Shown: positions 9,844 to 21,973 of the stretch, one piece after another
How the letters are laid out: every line of letters starts with the position of its first letter
Position numbering within the stretch: the first letter of the stretch is position 1
Assembly: GCF_000281045.1 (NCBI RefSeq)
Contig: NW_008246110.1
Location: 326,918 to 372,814 of the forward strand
Direction of reading: 5' to 3'
DNA length: 45,897 nt
Source of the DNA: Saprolegnia diclina VS20
Taxonomy: Eukaryota
The notes under the pieces: generated by a model
The model's input: only the letters and a program-made list of their open reading frames with translations
Told to the model about the DNA's origin: nothing
The model's database searches: none
Translations under genes and position numbers: made by a program

Positions 9844-11192
9844 TCATGCCGACGTCGTGGCTGCGTTGGCCTTGCGCAAGAGCAGGTCGAACGGGTGGTG
9901 GGTCGGGAGCGCATTCGCAGGGACCCACTGCTGCCAATACATCGACGGGCGGACTTTGGCCAGTTGGACAAACGACGGGTCGACGTCGCCGTTGAGCTTG
10001 CGCTTGCAGAGCAGCGTCACGTGGGGCGACGCATCGAGGCGTTCGACGAGCGCCAAGAGCGGCACGGTCGGGTTCATCATGGCACGGACGCGGTTGAAGT
10101 TCAAGACGACGCTCATGTAGACGTAGCCCTCGGCGTCCATGCGCTGGCGCAAAAACACATCGCGCATGAGGTTGTGCTCGCTAAAGTAGTAGGCGCTAGA
10201 AGGAACAAGCATGAGTTTCGAGGATGGCAGGTGAACACGAACATTTGATCGACAATGTGCTGGAGGACGAGCGGGTTGGACGGAGCGGGCGCAGTCGAAA
10301 GCGGCGTCGACGACGCATCGAGGCTCACCGTCTTGGCGAGGACTGGCGGCGGCGGCACGCTTGCGTCACCGCCGAGCACATCCCGCCACGCGCGGCCGTC
10401 GGCCGTCGACGAGTGCGAACGGACGAGCTTCTTGGGCTTCATTAGCATCGGCGGCGGGCGCGCGACGGGCGAGGGCGACCACTTGACCGGCTCGACGCGG
10501 CCCGGGCACGACTTGGGGGGCGAAAAGGACGAAGACGAGACCGTCGACGCGCACGACGTCGGTGACGACGGCACGATCGGCTCCTTCAACAAGAAATCCA
10601 TCGACGTCGTCGCCTTCTTGGTCTTCATTTGCGGTGACAGCGTCAGCGGCGTCAAGATCGACTTGGTGATTCGCCGCGGCGGCGTCGCAAGAACGGCGTC
10701 GACCGCCGAGGGTTCGGGCACCGGGATCTCGGGCGCGACGGTTGCAGCGACCAACTCTAGCACAGTCTCTGTCGGCTTGGTGTCCTCTGCGATCGGCGCG
10801 AGGAGGTCTTGCGAGCGCGGCGCGTCCACAACAACGTCTTGTGGCGCATCGTCGAACGGCGCAGGCTCGCAGCGAGTCTCGACCGCTGTCGGTGTTGCAG
10901 TCGTTGCAGGTGGCATGGGGGACGTGGCCTTCTTGGCCTTCTTCTTCTTAACCTTTCGCCGGCTCGTGGGCGTGGTCGTCGCAGGCGTCGGCTCGACCGC
11001 TGCGACGGCGACGTGCTCGATGGTTTCGTCGTCCGTGGCCGTGGCCCCGCGACCGGAGCGCAGCCACGCGACGGTGCTGTAGCAGACAAAGACCGAGAGG
11101 ATCACGAGCACGATGGACTCCTTGGCGTCGTGGGCCATGTCCACGAGCTTGGCCGAGACCTGGACTCCGACGATCGCGACGACGCTGCTCAT
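9844..11192 (-). CDS. La-motif (LARP-like) protein with N-terminal hydrophobic anchor, 2 exons
   Basis: A 47-nt intron (10242-10196) joins QHIVDQI to AYYFSEHNLMRDVFLRQRMDAEGYVYMSVVLNFNRVR, a La motif. N-terminal SIVLVILSVFVCYSTVAWL is TM-like. 433 aa. Confidence 0.85.
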
Positions 11193-13142
11193 CCTGCTGT
11201 CGACAAAGCTTGGTGCTTACTGCCTCAGAACGGGGGTTTTCCGCTTTGCGCGGCTCAACAACTGGCATAGATAGAAGAACGCATGCCGGCATCTGATTGG
11301 CTGCCGAAAAACCTGTTTTTGTTGTTACCTAATCGGGTCGGTTTGCACCCAGCATCATATTTATGTGTTTGCATACAAACACCAAGTGTAGCAATAAAAA
11401 ACGCTCGGTGGCCCTTTCTTGAAGTACAAGATCTGGGCGTGGGACGCCAGAGTCATTGCAGCAGGTGCAATCGTTGAGCTTACTTACTTGCCCCAACGGT
11501 GCTATATCTTCGGACGGCTTGCGGCGTCCATCGAGACTGTCGCCCGCTCCTCGGTATAATGAGAATACAGGAGTAGCAACCGCCGACTGGAAATTTTCAT
11601 TTTCGTGTCCTTACAGGGCGTTGAGCCCGCTCGACAGATGGCACGACAACGGACCACGTCGTCATCTGGAGGAGGCCCACAAAGACTCAGCAGGATCCTG
11701 GATCTGCCCTGAGATAGGCCCGAGCCGCAGTAGCTTTGCGCGTCGTGAAAAGGGGCGGGCAGCCGTGATGCGGCGAGCCATCCACACGGTAGGTACATTA
11801 GCATCACGAAGCGTGCACGGCTACAATCGACGAAATGGGTACGAGGTAGACTGACCGCAGGCTTTAGCTACTCTGCACTCGACCAGTCTCACTCGACCGG
11901 ACGTCGGTGCGCTCGTGTCGCACCCCAACTCAGAGACCGACAACACACTCTATCCTCTGCGCGCCTCTTCTGCAGTGAAGACGACGGCAGCAGGAGCAAG
12001 CGCGTACGAAGGCTCCAAGAAACGTCAACGCGCCATCTGCACAGATGATGACATGCAAACGGGCGCCCATCTGCGGCATCACTCCGATAGGTGACCGACC
12101 GCATGGTTGACGCCCTTTGCATTGCGCTCGGCGACCTCGTCTTGCCTTTGCACATTGAGAACCTCAGGGAAAGCCTCGTGCGACTCGTTCGTGGCAAGAT
12201 GTTGAACGAGACAGGCGGGGTCTATGGAAAGGGAGGCCACGTTGATACTACACGTCCAACACCTCGTTTGGCTGCACAGACGCAGCGACGCCGTGTTATA
12301 GCAAAGTGATCGTTTACGGACCTACAGTGCTGCTGCCGATCCGTGAGCACCCAGCCGGTCGAGCCGCGATGCGCGGACACGCAAGCGTCGTCGCTAGGGC
12401 GCAGTAACATGCCAGCGACCAATACTTGCAATGGCACATGACAGGATGCGTACATTCTATCTACTCTACCGCACCTGCGTACAACGCCTTCGCCACGATC
12501 CCATCCATCACGCCCTTTCGACGTCGTTTTTGTGTGGCGCGTTCTTATTGGCTCCGGCGGGATCTTTGATGCGAGCGAGCAGCGAGCAATAGAAAGCGAG
12601 TCGTTAAATATAATGCTGTGCTCGAAATTGCCATCGTCGACAATGTACACTATTTGCCGTGCGGTGGGTCGAACCCCACCGTCGACGTCCGCGGGAGCTG
12701 CGGATTCTTGGCTCAAGCAAGACTTATCGCGTTGCGTCCATGACATACTAGCACTGCAAAGCTCTATATGATCGTATAGGACAACACTCGAAGGCTACGT
12801 GAATGACCCAACAGTGTACTAGTGCCTTGCAAGTGGCGCTAGCGTCGGCGCAACGCGCCGTTGCTAGAGACACGCTACCGGTCCGTGCACGCTGCCAAGT
12901 CTACGGAGAGAAGTCAAAGCTTCGGTGCAACAGCGATCAATGAGCTGCGAACTGGTATCTCGACGTATCAGCGTCGCGAGTGCTGTGCTTGCGAGGTCGA
13001 TGAGGCCTCCGATAGTACACTATATATGAAAATGTGTACAACGGTGGTAGTGTATCAACACTATATAGCGAGCATTGCGTATTTGGTTGGTGGTGGTCTT
13101 GACGCAAGCATTTCCATTTTCAGTGGCGCAGTCGACGCGGCG

Positions 13143-14014
13143 ATGGTGCTCTACAAGCAAGTGATCTTGACCAACCTCAAGAGCTCGCCGGCGGAGACGG
13201 CCAAGATGTTCCAGGAGCTCTCGGGCTTCCTTCTTGGCCGTGGCGGCGTCGTCCGCGACCTCGCCAACCGCGGCCACCGCGTGCTTGGTTACCCCATTGA
13301 CGACCGTCGCTGGGGTGGCACCTTTGAGCGCCACCGCGAGGCCAAGCTTGTCGTCAAGACCTTCGAGACGAACCCGACGACGCTCAAGGAGCTCGAGGCT
13401 AAAATGAAGCTCTCGTACCCGGTGCTGCGCTTCATGACGTTCAAGGTCGATAAGGACCCGCTGCGCAACGTGCTCAAGCAGGCGACGGCCGAGCCGGCCA
13501 TCGCCGACGAAGCTAGCGCCAGCAACTTCAGCTGGGAGCAGTTCCAGGCGTCGCTCAACGACAACGTCAAGGTGGTGCGCACGGACTACATTGCCGACGA
13601 GCGCAACGACCCGATGGCCAACATGAACATTGCCAACTACGTCAGCGAGGACGCTGATGATGACGATGATGATGCCGAGGTCGATGACGAAGACGAGCCG
13701 TTGACCGCCCAGCAGCAAGAGATGGCCGACTGGTTGGTCGAGAAGGCTGGCAAGAGCGATATTCTCAAGACGGAGGAGATCATCCATGCGCTCGAGAACG
13801 CGACCAAGCCCGCCAAGAGCGACAACGTCGAGTACTGGGATGGTACCCAATCGCTCTGGTGCAAAATGGTCTCTCATGCTCGTGTATCTGCGTAGACGAT
13901 GACTTTGACTTCGAGGACGACGACAGCGCACAGGACAAGAACGAAAAGGTAGAGCACGACTGGCAGAAGGACTCGTCCTACGTGCCCCCTGTCCCGCGCC
14001 CGACCAAGAAGTAG
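13143..14014 (+). CDS. Mitochondrial ribosomal protein bS6 with long acidic C-terminal extension, 2 exons
   Basis: MVLY...RGGVVRDLANRGHRVLGYPI...VLRFMTFK matches the S6 pattern. A 53-nt intron (13843-13895) gives a 272-aa frame ending at TAG 14014. Confidence 0.8.
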
Positions 14015-14965
14015 ATCCAGATAGTAGATGAAGATGAACCAGTCGTCTCTAGGAGATGTATGATGCTGTACGACGTTGCATTCTCTTCCTTCGTTGAAGG
14101 CGAACGAGGCTTGAAGCATCGCGCCCATCTCCATACAGCGTTCAAGGAGTAGCTTGGTCGAGATACGGACTGTGATGCACGGAGCATCTGCGTCGTGGTC
14201 CTCTCGGAGCAATTGCGATCACGAGCAAACGCGACGACGGTCGTCGTCCATGATCTACCGGCTCTGGCGTCCGACCCAGAAGTATCAGCTGCGCCGCCCA
14301 GGAAGGATTCTTTATCGGCCTACGCCATGTCCACCTCTACCATTCTCTGGCGCACGAACAACATTGCCAAGTCTATCTACCCACCAAGTCTTCCGCCCGA
14401 CCGTGATGCTTGCTCGGTCATCGCATGTTCCTTTCTTCTCATTCGCCTTCCTGCAAATCGACGCACGCGCAAGGAGCGAAGCGCGATCCCACCCCGTGCT
14501 CGGACTGTATAAGCAATGCAACCAAGCCAAGCTTAGTAAGCGAGCTAATCAAGGTCATGGGGTTGAGCCACAGTCCACAGTAACTCCCACAAGCCGTCGC
14601 CTGCTTAAATGGTCTGGCCACTGCGACTTGGTCACGCTCGTCAAAATTGCCGCTTGTTCAGCGAAGGAGCGAAGCACAAGTGGTTTTTGCCTGCGAGGGC
14701 TCGTCCAGCCACCGACTCCAACGACGTACGTAGTGATAGTGACGGCTCTGTCTACTACTCGTACTGAGCGGTGTCGTCATGCGTGTCATGCCCAAGATCG
14801 TCCTCGAAGTCGCTCACCGACCATTCCAACCGTGTGATTGGGTCGCGCCACGGGATTTCTGCCAATCGCGTGCGCGGTTGACCTCTCCCATGCAAAATTT
14901 CCTGCAAATTGGTGGCTGGTTCTCCGATACGTCGTCGCATCATTCAGCGCCTCCTCCATCGCAGC

Positions 14966-16200
14966 ATGCTCCTCTCGCCGACCTCCGAAGGCCTCGCGCG
15001 GGCCGGCCAAGAGCTCCGGGCCGGCCGCCTCGTCGCCTTTCCCACTGAAACGGTCTACGGACTTGGCGCCAACGCGTTTGACGCGAAAGCGCTCTTGTCG
15101 ATCTTCGAGGCCAAGGGCCGCCCGCTCACGGACCCGCTCATCGTGCATGTGCCATCGGTTCAGAAGGCGCTTGAGCTTGTCGAGCTCAACGAATCCGGCG
15201 TGCATCTCTTCAAGACGCTCGCGACCGCCTTCTGGCCGGGCCCGCTCACGCTCATTGCGCCGGCGATTCCCGCGCTCCCGCGCGAAGGTACGCTGCTCGG
15301 CTTCGAGCCCTCGACTGAATCCAACTAGTGTCGGCCAACACGGGTTTTGTGGGCATTCGCATCCCGAACCACCCGATCGCCAAGGCACTGCTCGAAGCGG
15401 CCCAGGTACAACCCCTCTAGTGACATGCCACCACACTCGTATCGTAGGTGCCGGTGGCCGCGCCCAGTGCCAACCGGTTTGGCCACGTGAGCCCAACGAC
15501 GGCCCAGCACGTGATCAACGACCTCGGCGCGTACCCGGGCGGTCTCCACGTCATTGATAACACGGGCGCGTCGTGCTGCGAGGTCGGTATCGAGTCGACC
15601 GTCGCCAAGCTCGTGCCGGAAGAGAAGAAGCTCCTCGTCTTCCGCCGAGGCGGCGTCTCCGAGGCCGCGCTGCACCACGTTCTCAATGAAACCTTCGGTC
15701 TTGGCATCGAGGTCGTTCATGCGCAGCGCGTCGTCGACGATCACTCGACGCAAAACCAGGTCGCGCCCGGGCAGCTTCTGACGCACTACGCGCCGGATGT
15801 CGAGACGTTCATGCTCGAGCCGTCGTCTTCGCCACCGTCGGTGACGCCGGAGATGAAGACGTGGGTTGTCTTGGACTTTCACGGCCGCCTCACCGCTTTG
15901 CAACCGCACGTCGCTGGCTACTTGGACTTGTCGGCGTCGTACGACCGCTCTGCCACTCGTGACATGCTAAGAACACGCGTAGGGGCAACATTCTCGCAGC
16001 GGCCCACGTGGTCTTTGACTCGCTGCGGTGGGCAGAGCAGGTGTCGGGCGCGACGGTACGCACCGACTTGAGCTCCTTCACCCTCAAAAACCATGTAGCG
16101 CATTGTGATTCCCGATGTCTCGGCCGTGCAGCAAGAGCACGCGCCGGCGCTGCACGATCGTCTCTTCCGTGCGTCGTCGGGCAAGCGCTGCCGCCTCTAA
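14966..16200 (+). CDS. SUA5: Threonylcarbamoyl-AMP synthase Sua5, 5 exons
   Basis: VAFPTETVYGLGANA, IFEAKGRP..DPLIVHV, FWPGPLTL, AAPSANRFG, GIESTV and APGQLLTHYAP. Introns at 15288-15328, 15406-15447, 15939-15982 and 16056-16098. Confidence 0.95.
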
Positions 16201-16283
16201 CTCTATATCTAAACACGCGCGTTCTCTGCAATACGAGAGTATATAAGCTATTGGGACAGAGACGACGCCTTGCAGCTCACGGG

Positions 16284-16760
16284 CTAGACCACGGCAGGCA
16301 GCTGTCGCTCGCGCAGGAGCTCGTCGCGCGTGGCACGGCGGGCGTCGCGGGTTGCATTGGCGTCGCGAGCAAAGAAAGCAATGTCGTCGTGCGTGTACTT
16401 GAGCGCTTGCAGCAGCAAAATGCGTTCGTGGGGCAGGAGCTTGCGCACGTTTTTGGCACCGTCAGTGGCCGGGCAGGCGGCGGTGGTGACGTTGACGTGC
16501 TTGCGCCCGAGGCCGATGGGCGGGCCTCGCTCTAGCGGCACCGCGCTGCCGTTGACGTCGGCGGGGAACTCGAAGGTTGTCGTCGTCGAGAAGGTCACGC
16601 GCCGCCGCCGCCGCCGCTTCGCGTCGCTCTCGTCCGTGCTGTGCGTGCGTGCGCGCTTGGCTGGCCGGAGGTCGCCGGCCAGCAGCGCCGGTTGGTTGAG
16701 CACGTAGTTGCAGAAGACGAGGAGCGCGTCGTCCGAGCGCACGGCGCAGCAGAGCGACAT
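16284..16760 (-). CDS. CSRNP N-terminal-like domain protein
   Basis: RRVTFSTTTTFEF....GSAVPLERGPPIGLG.KH and L..HERILLLQ match the cysteine/serine-rich nuclear protein N-domain pattern. Start placed at MSLCC. Confidence 0.7.
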   Translation of the reverse strand: MSLCCAVRSDDALLVFCNYVLNQPALLAGDLRPAKRARTHSTDESDAKRRRRRRVTFSTTTTFEFPADVNGSAVPLERGPPIGLGRKHVNVTTAACPATDGAKNVRKLLPHERILLLQALKYTHDDIAFFARDANATRDARRATRDELLRERQLPAVV

Positions 16761-17449
16761 GGGATTGCAAAGTGGGCGAATAAAGATCGTTTCGATGGCG
16801 GCTTTTTTCACCCAACTTGGCGTGGCCACGCTTGACTTTTTATATCAACAGATACAAACACCAAGCTATTTTTATAAAGACGCCCGAGACAAAAACAAGG
16901 CCAAATTGGTGCCTGGCCTATCACCGGCAAGAGGTTGCTCGGAAAGGATAATCCCACGCAACGTTTCACGGGCGCATCTTTGCGCCATGCTGCCGACGCG
17001 ATTTGACGGACGAGACGACTGGTACACTGCAGAAGATCAACGCTTCAAAGGTGCAGCCATGCTGTTATCACTCGGAACCGAGTCCGTGGCAGAGCAGACA
17101 AGAGGTCGCTAGATCTGAGTCGTTGAATAGGACTCGAGGTGAACTGCAGGGTTGGGGTTCGGGTTGCTACACCATCAACGTCGGACGACAGTTCCCACGC
17201 CATGCTTTTGTGTCCAACGATAGACTAGCATGCCTGCAAGCACAAGGATCGAAGCACCGACCAGTGTCAAGACCAATGGACTACGTGGCGCTGGCACCTG
17301 CAGCTCCACAATGGGAATCCAGGGAAATGGCGGCCACTGGAGGAAGAAGAATCACGCGCAGCGACACGGTGTGTTGGGTGCCTTGGGTTTATACGCCAAA
17401 TTGATACAAAGCAACGTCGTATTGACAACAACACAGGGCGGAATATCCT

Positions 17450-18989
17450 CTACGAGTCCAAGTCTTGGACGTACAGCAACGCCTGGGGCGCGAGTCCCTA
17501 CGTGACACGTGAATAGGAACATCACTAACGCTCTTCCTACCGCGTCGAGGAGCGTGCTCGATACGTCGTCGGGTCCCCACGCTTTTCGCGGAAAGTTGGT
17601 CGCGAGCTCGTAGCGGGCAATCGACAACTCCTTCTCAAAGAGACTCACATCGACAAAGTCCCGGACGACCTGCAAAGTGTACGTTGAGCCTCGCTCCAAT
17701 AAGATCGTATTCATCTACCTGAAAGGTATCCGCGGCGAAGAAGAGACGCTCCAGGCGCGTGCCGTTGTACAGTTGGAACCGAATCAAGCACGTGTCCTTG
17801 CCGCGGGCGGTGGGCCCATGAGCGAGGGCGGCTCGTTTCGCCTCTATCGTGGCGGCGCGCGCCTAGACGCTGCTGAGAGAACGCCTCCAAGTGGATGTAA
17901 AGATACTTGGTGCTCGCGCTCCTTCTGAAGACGCTGCGCTTCTTCGGCTGCGCGCTCAGCTTCGAGGCGCGCGGCTTCTTCGGCGACCTGCCGCGCCTCG
18001 TCTGCTCGTCGACGTTCGTCTTCCTCCGCCTACGAAAGAAAAAGAAGAAGAGAAAAGTCCACAGTGTTCTTATTGCGTAGAGCAACCTTGAGCCGGTCGG
18101 CTTCGAGCGACACTTGGTATTCGCGGTCTTGCTCTTCCCGCAGGATCTGCGCCTCAGTCCTGGACCATGACGGTTAGACGAGGGTGATGCAAGGAGACCA
18201 GTGTACCGGAACTGTTCTTGGGCGCGCGAGGCCGTGATGTGGTGCTGGTTGCGCAAGATGGCATTGGCGAGACGCGCGGTAAGCTGCTCCTTGGTCACGA
18301 CGCCTACATGCGAGGATGAATCCAAGGCGAGGACGTGGCAGAACCGGACCTTGGATCTTTTCAACGACGTTGAGACCACGCGGCGTCGAGATCAGAAGAG
18401 ACATGAACGGAAACGAGGCCGCGCCCAGCGTGAGCGAGACGCTGTAGCCTTCCGACTGCAGCACCGAGCCGGCCCAGAGGACCATGTTGTCGTGCTCGAG
18501 GCAGAACGCGACCATCTCGTCTGTGCAGAGCGCCGATCTACGCTTGCTACTCAGCATATCGCACAAGACTTATGACATGTACTTGCAGAAGCGTGGCGTG
18601 TCGTCGTGGACCTCCGAGTGCAGATAGACAAAGAGAAACTTGCCCGTGGTCTTGGCCAGGTTGGCCGCGTCGCGGAACGAGATGGGCTCGAACGCCGGGC
18701 AGAGGGCGCCATACTCCTTCTTCATGTCGTCCAGAAGGACCTGGGCGAGAAGCTACATGGCATAAGAAGCCAGCGATCGGCGGCGGGCGCGTACCTCGGG
18801 TGGCGGGTTGGTCCCGAAAAGATATTGCAGTGGCGACTTCCAGAACGACGGCAGTTCCGAGGCTACAGACGCCGGAGACGCAGGAGGCGACGGCGCGTCA
18901 GCCGGCGCGGGCGAAGGGCGCGGCTCCGAAGTCTCACCAAGGCCCACCCGGCGGCGCAGGCCCGTAGTCTCGACGCCGACGTCTTCCAT
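17450..18989 (-). CDS. UAS + UBX domain protein (FAF2/UBXD8-like p97 adaptor), multi-exon
   Basis: Spliced segments KFLFVYLHSEVHDDTPRFC and LWAGSVLQSEGYSVS..ASFPF (UAS), then IRFQLYNGTRLERLF, YELATNFPRK and GLAPQALLYVQDLDS* (UBX). Confidence 0.85.
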
Positions 18990-19067
18990 CTTTGTGGCTG
19001 TGTTGTTCAATTCGGATTGGATACTGTGGTACGGATACAAGGCGTTTGATCCGGATAAAGTCGGCAA

Positions 19068-19237
19068 NNNNNNNNNNNNNNNNNNNNNNNNNNNNNNNNN
19101 NNNNNNNNNNNNNNNNNNNNNNNNNNNNNNNNNNNNNNNNNNNNNNNNNNNNNNNNNNNNNNNNNNNNNNNNNNNNNNNNNNNNNNNNNNNNNNNNNNNN
19201 NNNNNNNNNNNNNNNNNNNNNNNNNNNNNNNNNNNNN
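19068..19237. other. Assembly gap (170 N)
   Basis: Run of N. Confidence 1.
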
Positions 19238-19630
19238 CCGCGTCGAGGCCCACGCCGACACGAGCCATGCTACGACAGCTACACGTAGAGTCTCCCGTAC
19301 GCCTCAGCTTGTACTAGTATAGATATACACTCTTACCATAAGCGCTTTAGTTCGCTGAGCAGAGCTGTTTAAAGTTGACAGCAGTAAACGCTCGAGGTAT
19401 CAATTGTTGACCGCTGGAATGTTGTCGCCTGTCGGAGGACTTGGATTCAGAGATGGCCGCAGCGTGAAGTAGATACTGATGGCTCGTGCTCCTACAAGGC
19501 GAAGGTACCATCGCTGGGGTTATGCACTTGGAACTGAAGAAATGGTTCTTGGCGCGTAATCCACCGCTTGGACACATTTGATTGGTGGAAATCTTGCGCT
19601 TGTACTTTCTATGGGAATTCCAGCGCTTTG

Positions 19631-20083
19631 ATGGCAAGCAACAGGGACGCGATCCCGCCGCCTTTGACGCCGCCGAGCGACGCGCCGCTCGAAGAGCAGG
19701 ACGAAGCTGACGCGCTCTGCAAGGTGTACGTCGGTCGTCTCACGCCGCATGCCAACGAGACGCACCTCCAGGCGTTCTTCCGCCCGTTCGGGGTCATTCG
19801 ACACATTTGGATCGCCCGGCGTCCGCCTGGCTTCGCCTTTGTAACGTACCTCAAGGCCGCGGATGCGACGCACGCCGTCGAGGCGGTCCAAGCCATGGCC
19901 GACCCGGCGATCTTGGGCCAAACTATCAGGTGCCAGCTGGGCGGCGACACGACGTCGTCGATGCCAGCGACCGATCGGAAGCGCAAGCGCGTCCGCACCA
20001 AGAAGGGCGAGACGTTCAAAGTGAAGAAGGCACGCAAGCTTGCGGCCATAACGACCCAAAACGAAGAGGCAAGTGTCATGTGA
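19631..20083 (+). CDS. Single-RRM protein (SRSF3/SRSF7-type RRM, no RS domain)
   Basis: CKVYVGRL (RNP2) and IWIARRPPGFAFVTY (RNP1), followed by a basic tail RKRKRVR. Confidence 0.85.
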   Translation: MASNRDAIPPPLTPPSDAPLEEQDEADALCKVYVGRLTPHANETHLQAFFRPFGVIRHIWIARRPPGFAFVTYLKAADATHAVEAVQAMADPAILGQTIRCQLGGDTTSSMPATDRKRKRVRTKKGETFKVKKARKLAAITTQNEEASVM

Positions 20084-21889
20084 TTTGAAATATGTGTGCA
20101 CTTGTCTTGTGCAATGGCCAGAGCGAGCTCGACTCGACAAAGCGGCTGCTAGGCACGCTTGGTAGCAGGAGCGCTGCGCTGTCGCTGCACAGCTCCTTCT
20201 CGAGCGGCCCCAGCAAGCTCGCACAAGGGAGCTCTGTGTCCATCTACGACAGGAACTATGCCACGAGAAATGCTTGTCGAGCCACAGACCGTGTCAAGAG
20301 CCCGCGGCGTTCGACATTGGCGACGTCCATTCTACGGCAACCCTATAGACAATCAGTGAACACCGATCCCTTACCGAGCGGGGAGGCGTGGCGGTGGGGC
20401 GCAGCATGGTGTGACTCGGGCTTGGAAGTGACTCGAGCGGGGCCAAGAGAGCAGGCCGCGCTAAACAAGAACTCGGCAGCCGTGTTGGCACAGGACTACC
20501 TAGCCGCGTTGGCAAAGACGGACTCGTTGGGATGACGCGGTGCTCCGGCTTTTGTGGGGTTGCGTCTTTTTGAATGCAGAGCGCGGGCTTTGGTAGTGGT
20601 GTTACCGACAAAGATGAGCTCCGCGTCGGTATCTTGGACCGTCCGCGAGCTGTTTTTGCAATCGTGCCGGGTGGTAGAAGTCGCTGTGGCGGCGTGGCAG
20701 CGGCTGGTGGTGCTGAGATGCTCTCGCGAATGACTTGAAGCAACTGCCGCTGCTCTTCCAACTGCGCCTTCATCGCGACGTTCTGAGCTTGGATCTCCTT
20801 GTATGCGTCCATGACGGCGGCAACGGGGGACGGTATCTCGATGATATTGAGCGCTTGAGGCGGTGACGACGGCAGCGGTAGGGTCCGTCGATGGGCTTTG
20901 GCATTTGCGGGTGGCAATTCCTTGGCCGATGACAGCGCCTTCTTCGCTACCTTCTTGGCAGCAGGAGCTTTTTGTTTTGGCTTGACCAGCTTGGACGCCT
21001 TTGGTTTCACCGCGGGGGTTGTTGCCGGCGATGTGCGTTGCTCTTCCGAATCGCTGATGCACGCTCTAGTCTCGTCCATACTTGGTGATATGACCACGAT
21101 CACAGGCTCCTCAACAACAGACTCTTCAACGACAGGGTCGTTCGGTTTCTCTGGACTTGATGCTGGGATTTTTTCTGGTTCTGGGACTGGTAGTGGCACT
21201 GGAGTGGGTGCGGCAGGCTCTTCGGCCGCCTACGCGCCAGTCAACACGGCACTCAGAAGACGCGAACGTACGTGATCGATCCGAGCTTCCAACGACCGAA
21301 TGTACTCTTCGCGGGTCATGCGGCCGCGCTTGGGTGGCTCGTCCACCTAGTACAACAGCCCTATTGTCGATAGGGTGTGCTTACGTGCATTCCTACTTTG
21401 AGAGCTTGTTGCTGCTGCTGTTGCTGCTCGATGGACGCAAGCCATTCGTCCCGTGACAGTTGCTGCACGCGTCGCCGGCCGCGCACGTCATTGTTTGCTA
21501 TAGGTAGTGCTACCGGCGCCTTGGCTTCAAGTATCGCGGGCGGCTCGGCCATGGCTGCAGCCTTTTCGTCGGCCTCGCGTTGCTAGCTCGTGGCTCAATA
21601 AACGTCGCTAAGTTGTACGACAATATGCACATACGTGCTTGAGGCGAATCTGTTCTTGGAGCGACCGCACATAGTCTTCTTGCGTCATTTGCTGCGTGAG
21701 GCGGCGTCGACCGCCCGTCGGTGCGGCCGCGGTCATCGGAGCATCCTCCGCAAGCACAGCCGGCTCGTTGTCGTCGTCGGGGCGGCGACGGCCGCGTGGC
21801 TTGGTAGCCTGCTGCGCCGCGACCTGCTCCTGAAGCGACTTGACCCACTCGTCTTGGGACAAGGGCACAGCTTGGCCTCTTCGCCGCAT
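20076..21889 (-). CDS. Multi-exon hypothetical protein with repeated helical motif and Pro/Lys-rich region
   Basis: Coding-like exons with the repeated motif SQDEWVKSLQEQ / TQEDYVRSLQEQI / SRDEWLASIEQQ / TREEYIRSLEARI and a long open frame at 21199-20294. The 3' exons and stop are uncertain. Confidence 0.55.
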
Positions 21890-21973
21890 GCGCGGAAACG
21901 GTGAAACGCCTCCACGAGACAAGTTGTCTGATCTTGCAAGAGACACGTTCAAGCGTGCAGTGTCGAATGTACA

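Noticed and set aside
11300..13100. Scattered short ORFs, including a coding-like patch at 12091-12309
   Set aside because: No coherent exon chain or recognisable motif.
18753..19317. ORFs spanning the N gap
   Set aside because: Artefacts of unknown bases. The short post-gap frame may be the end of a hidden gene but cannot be supported.
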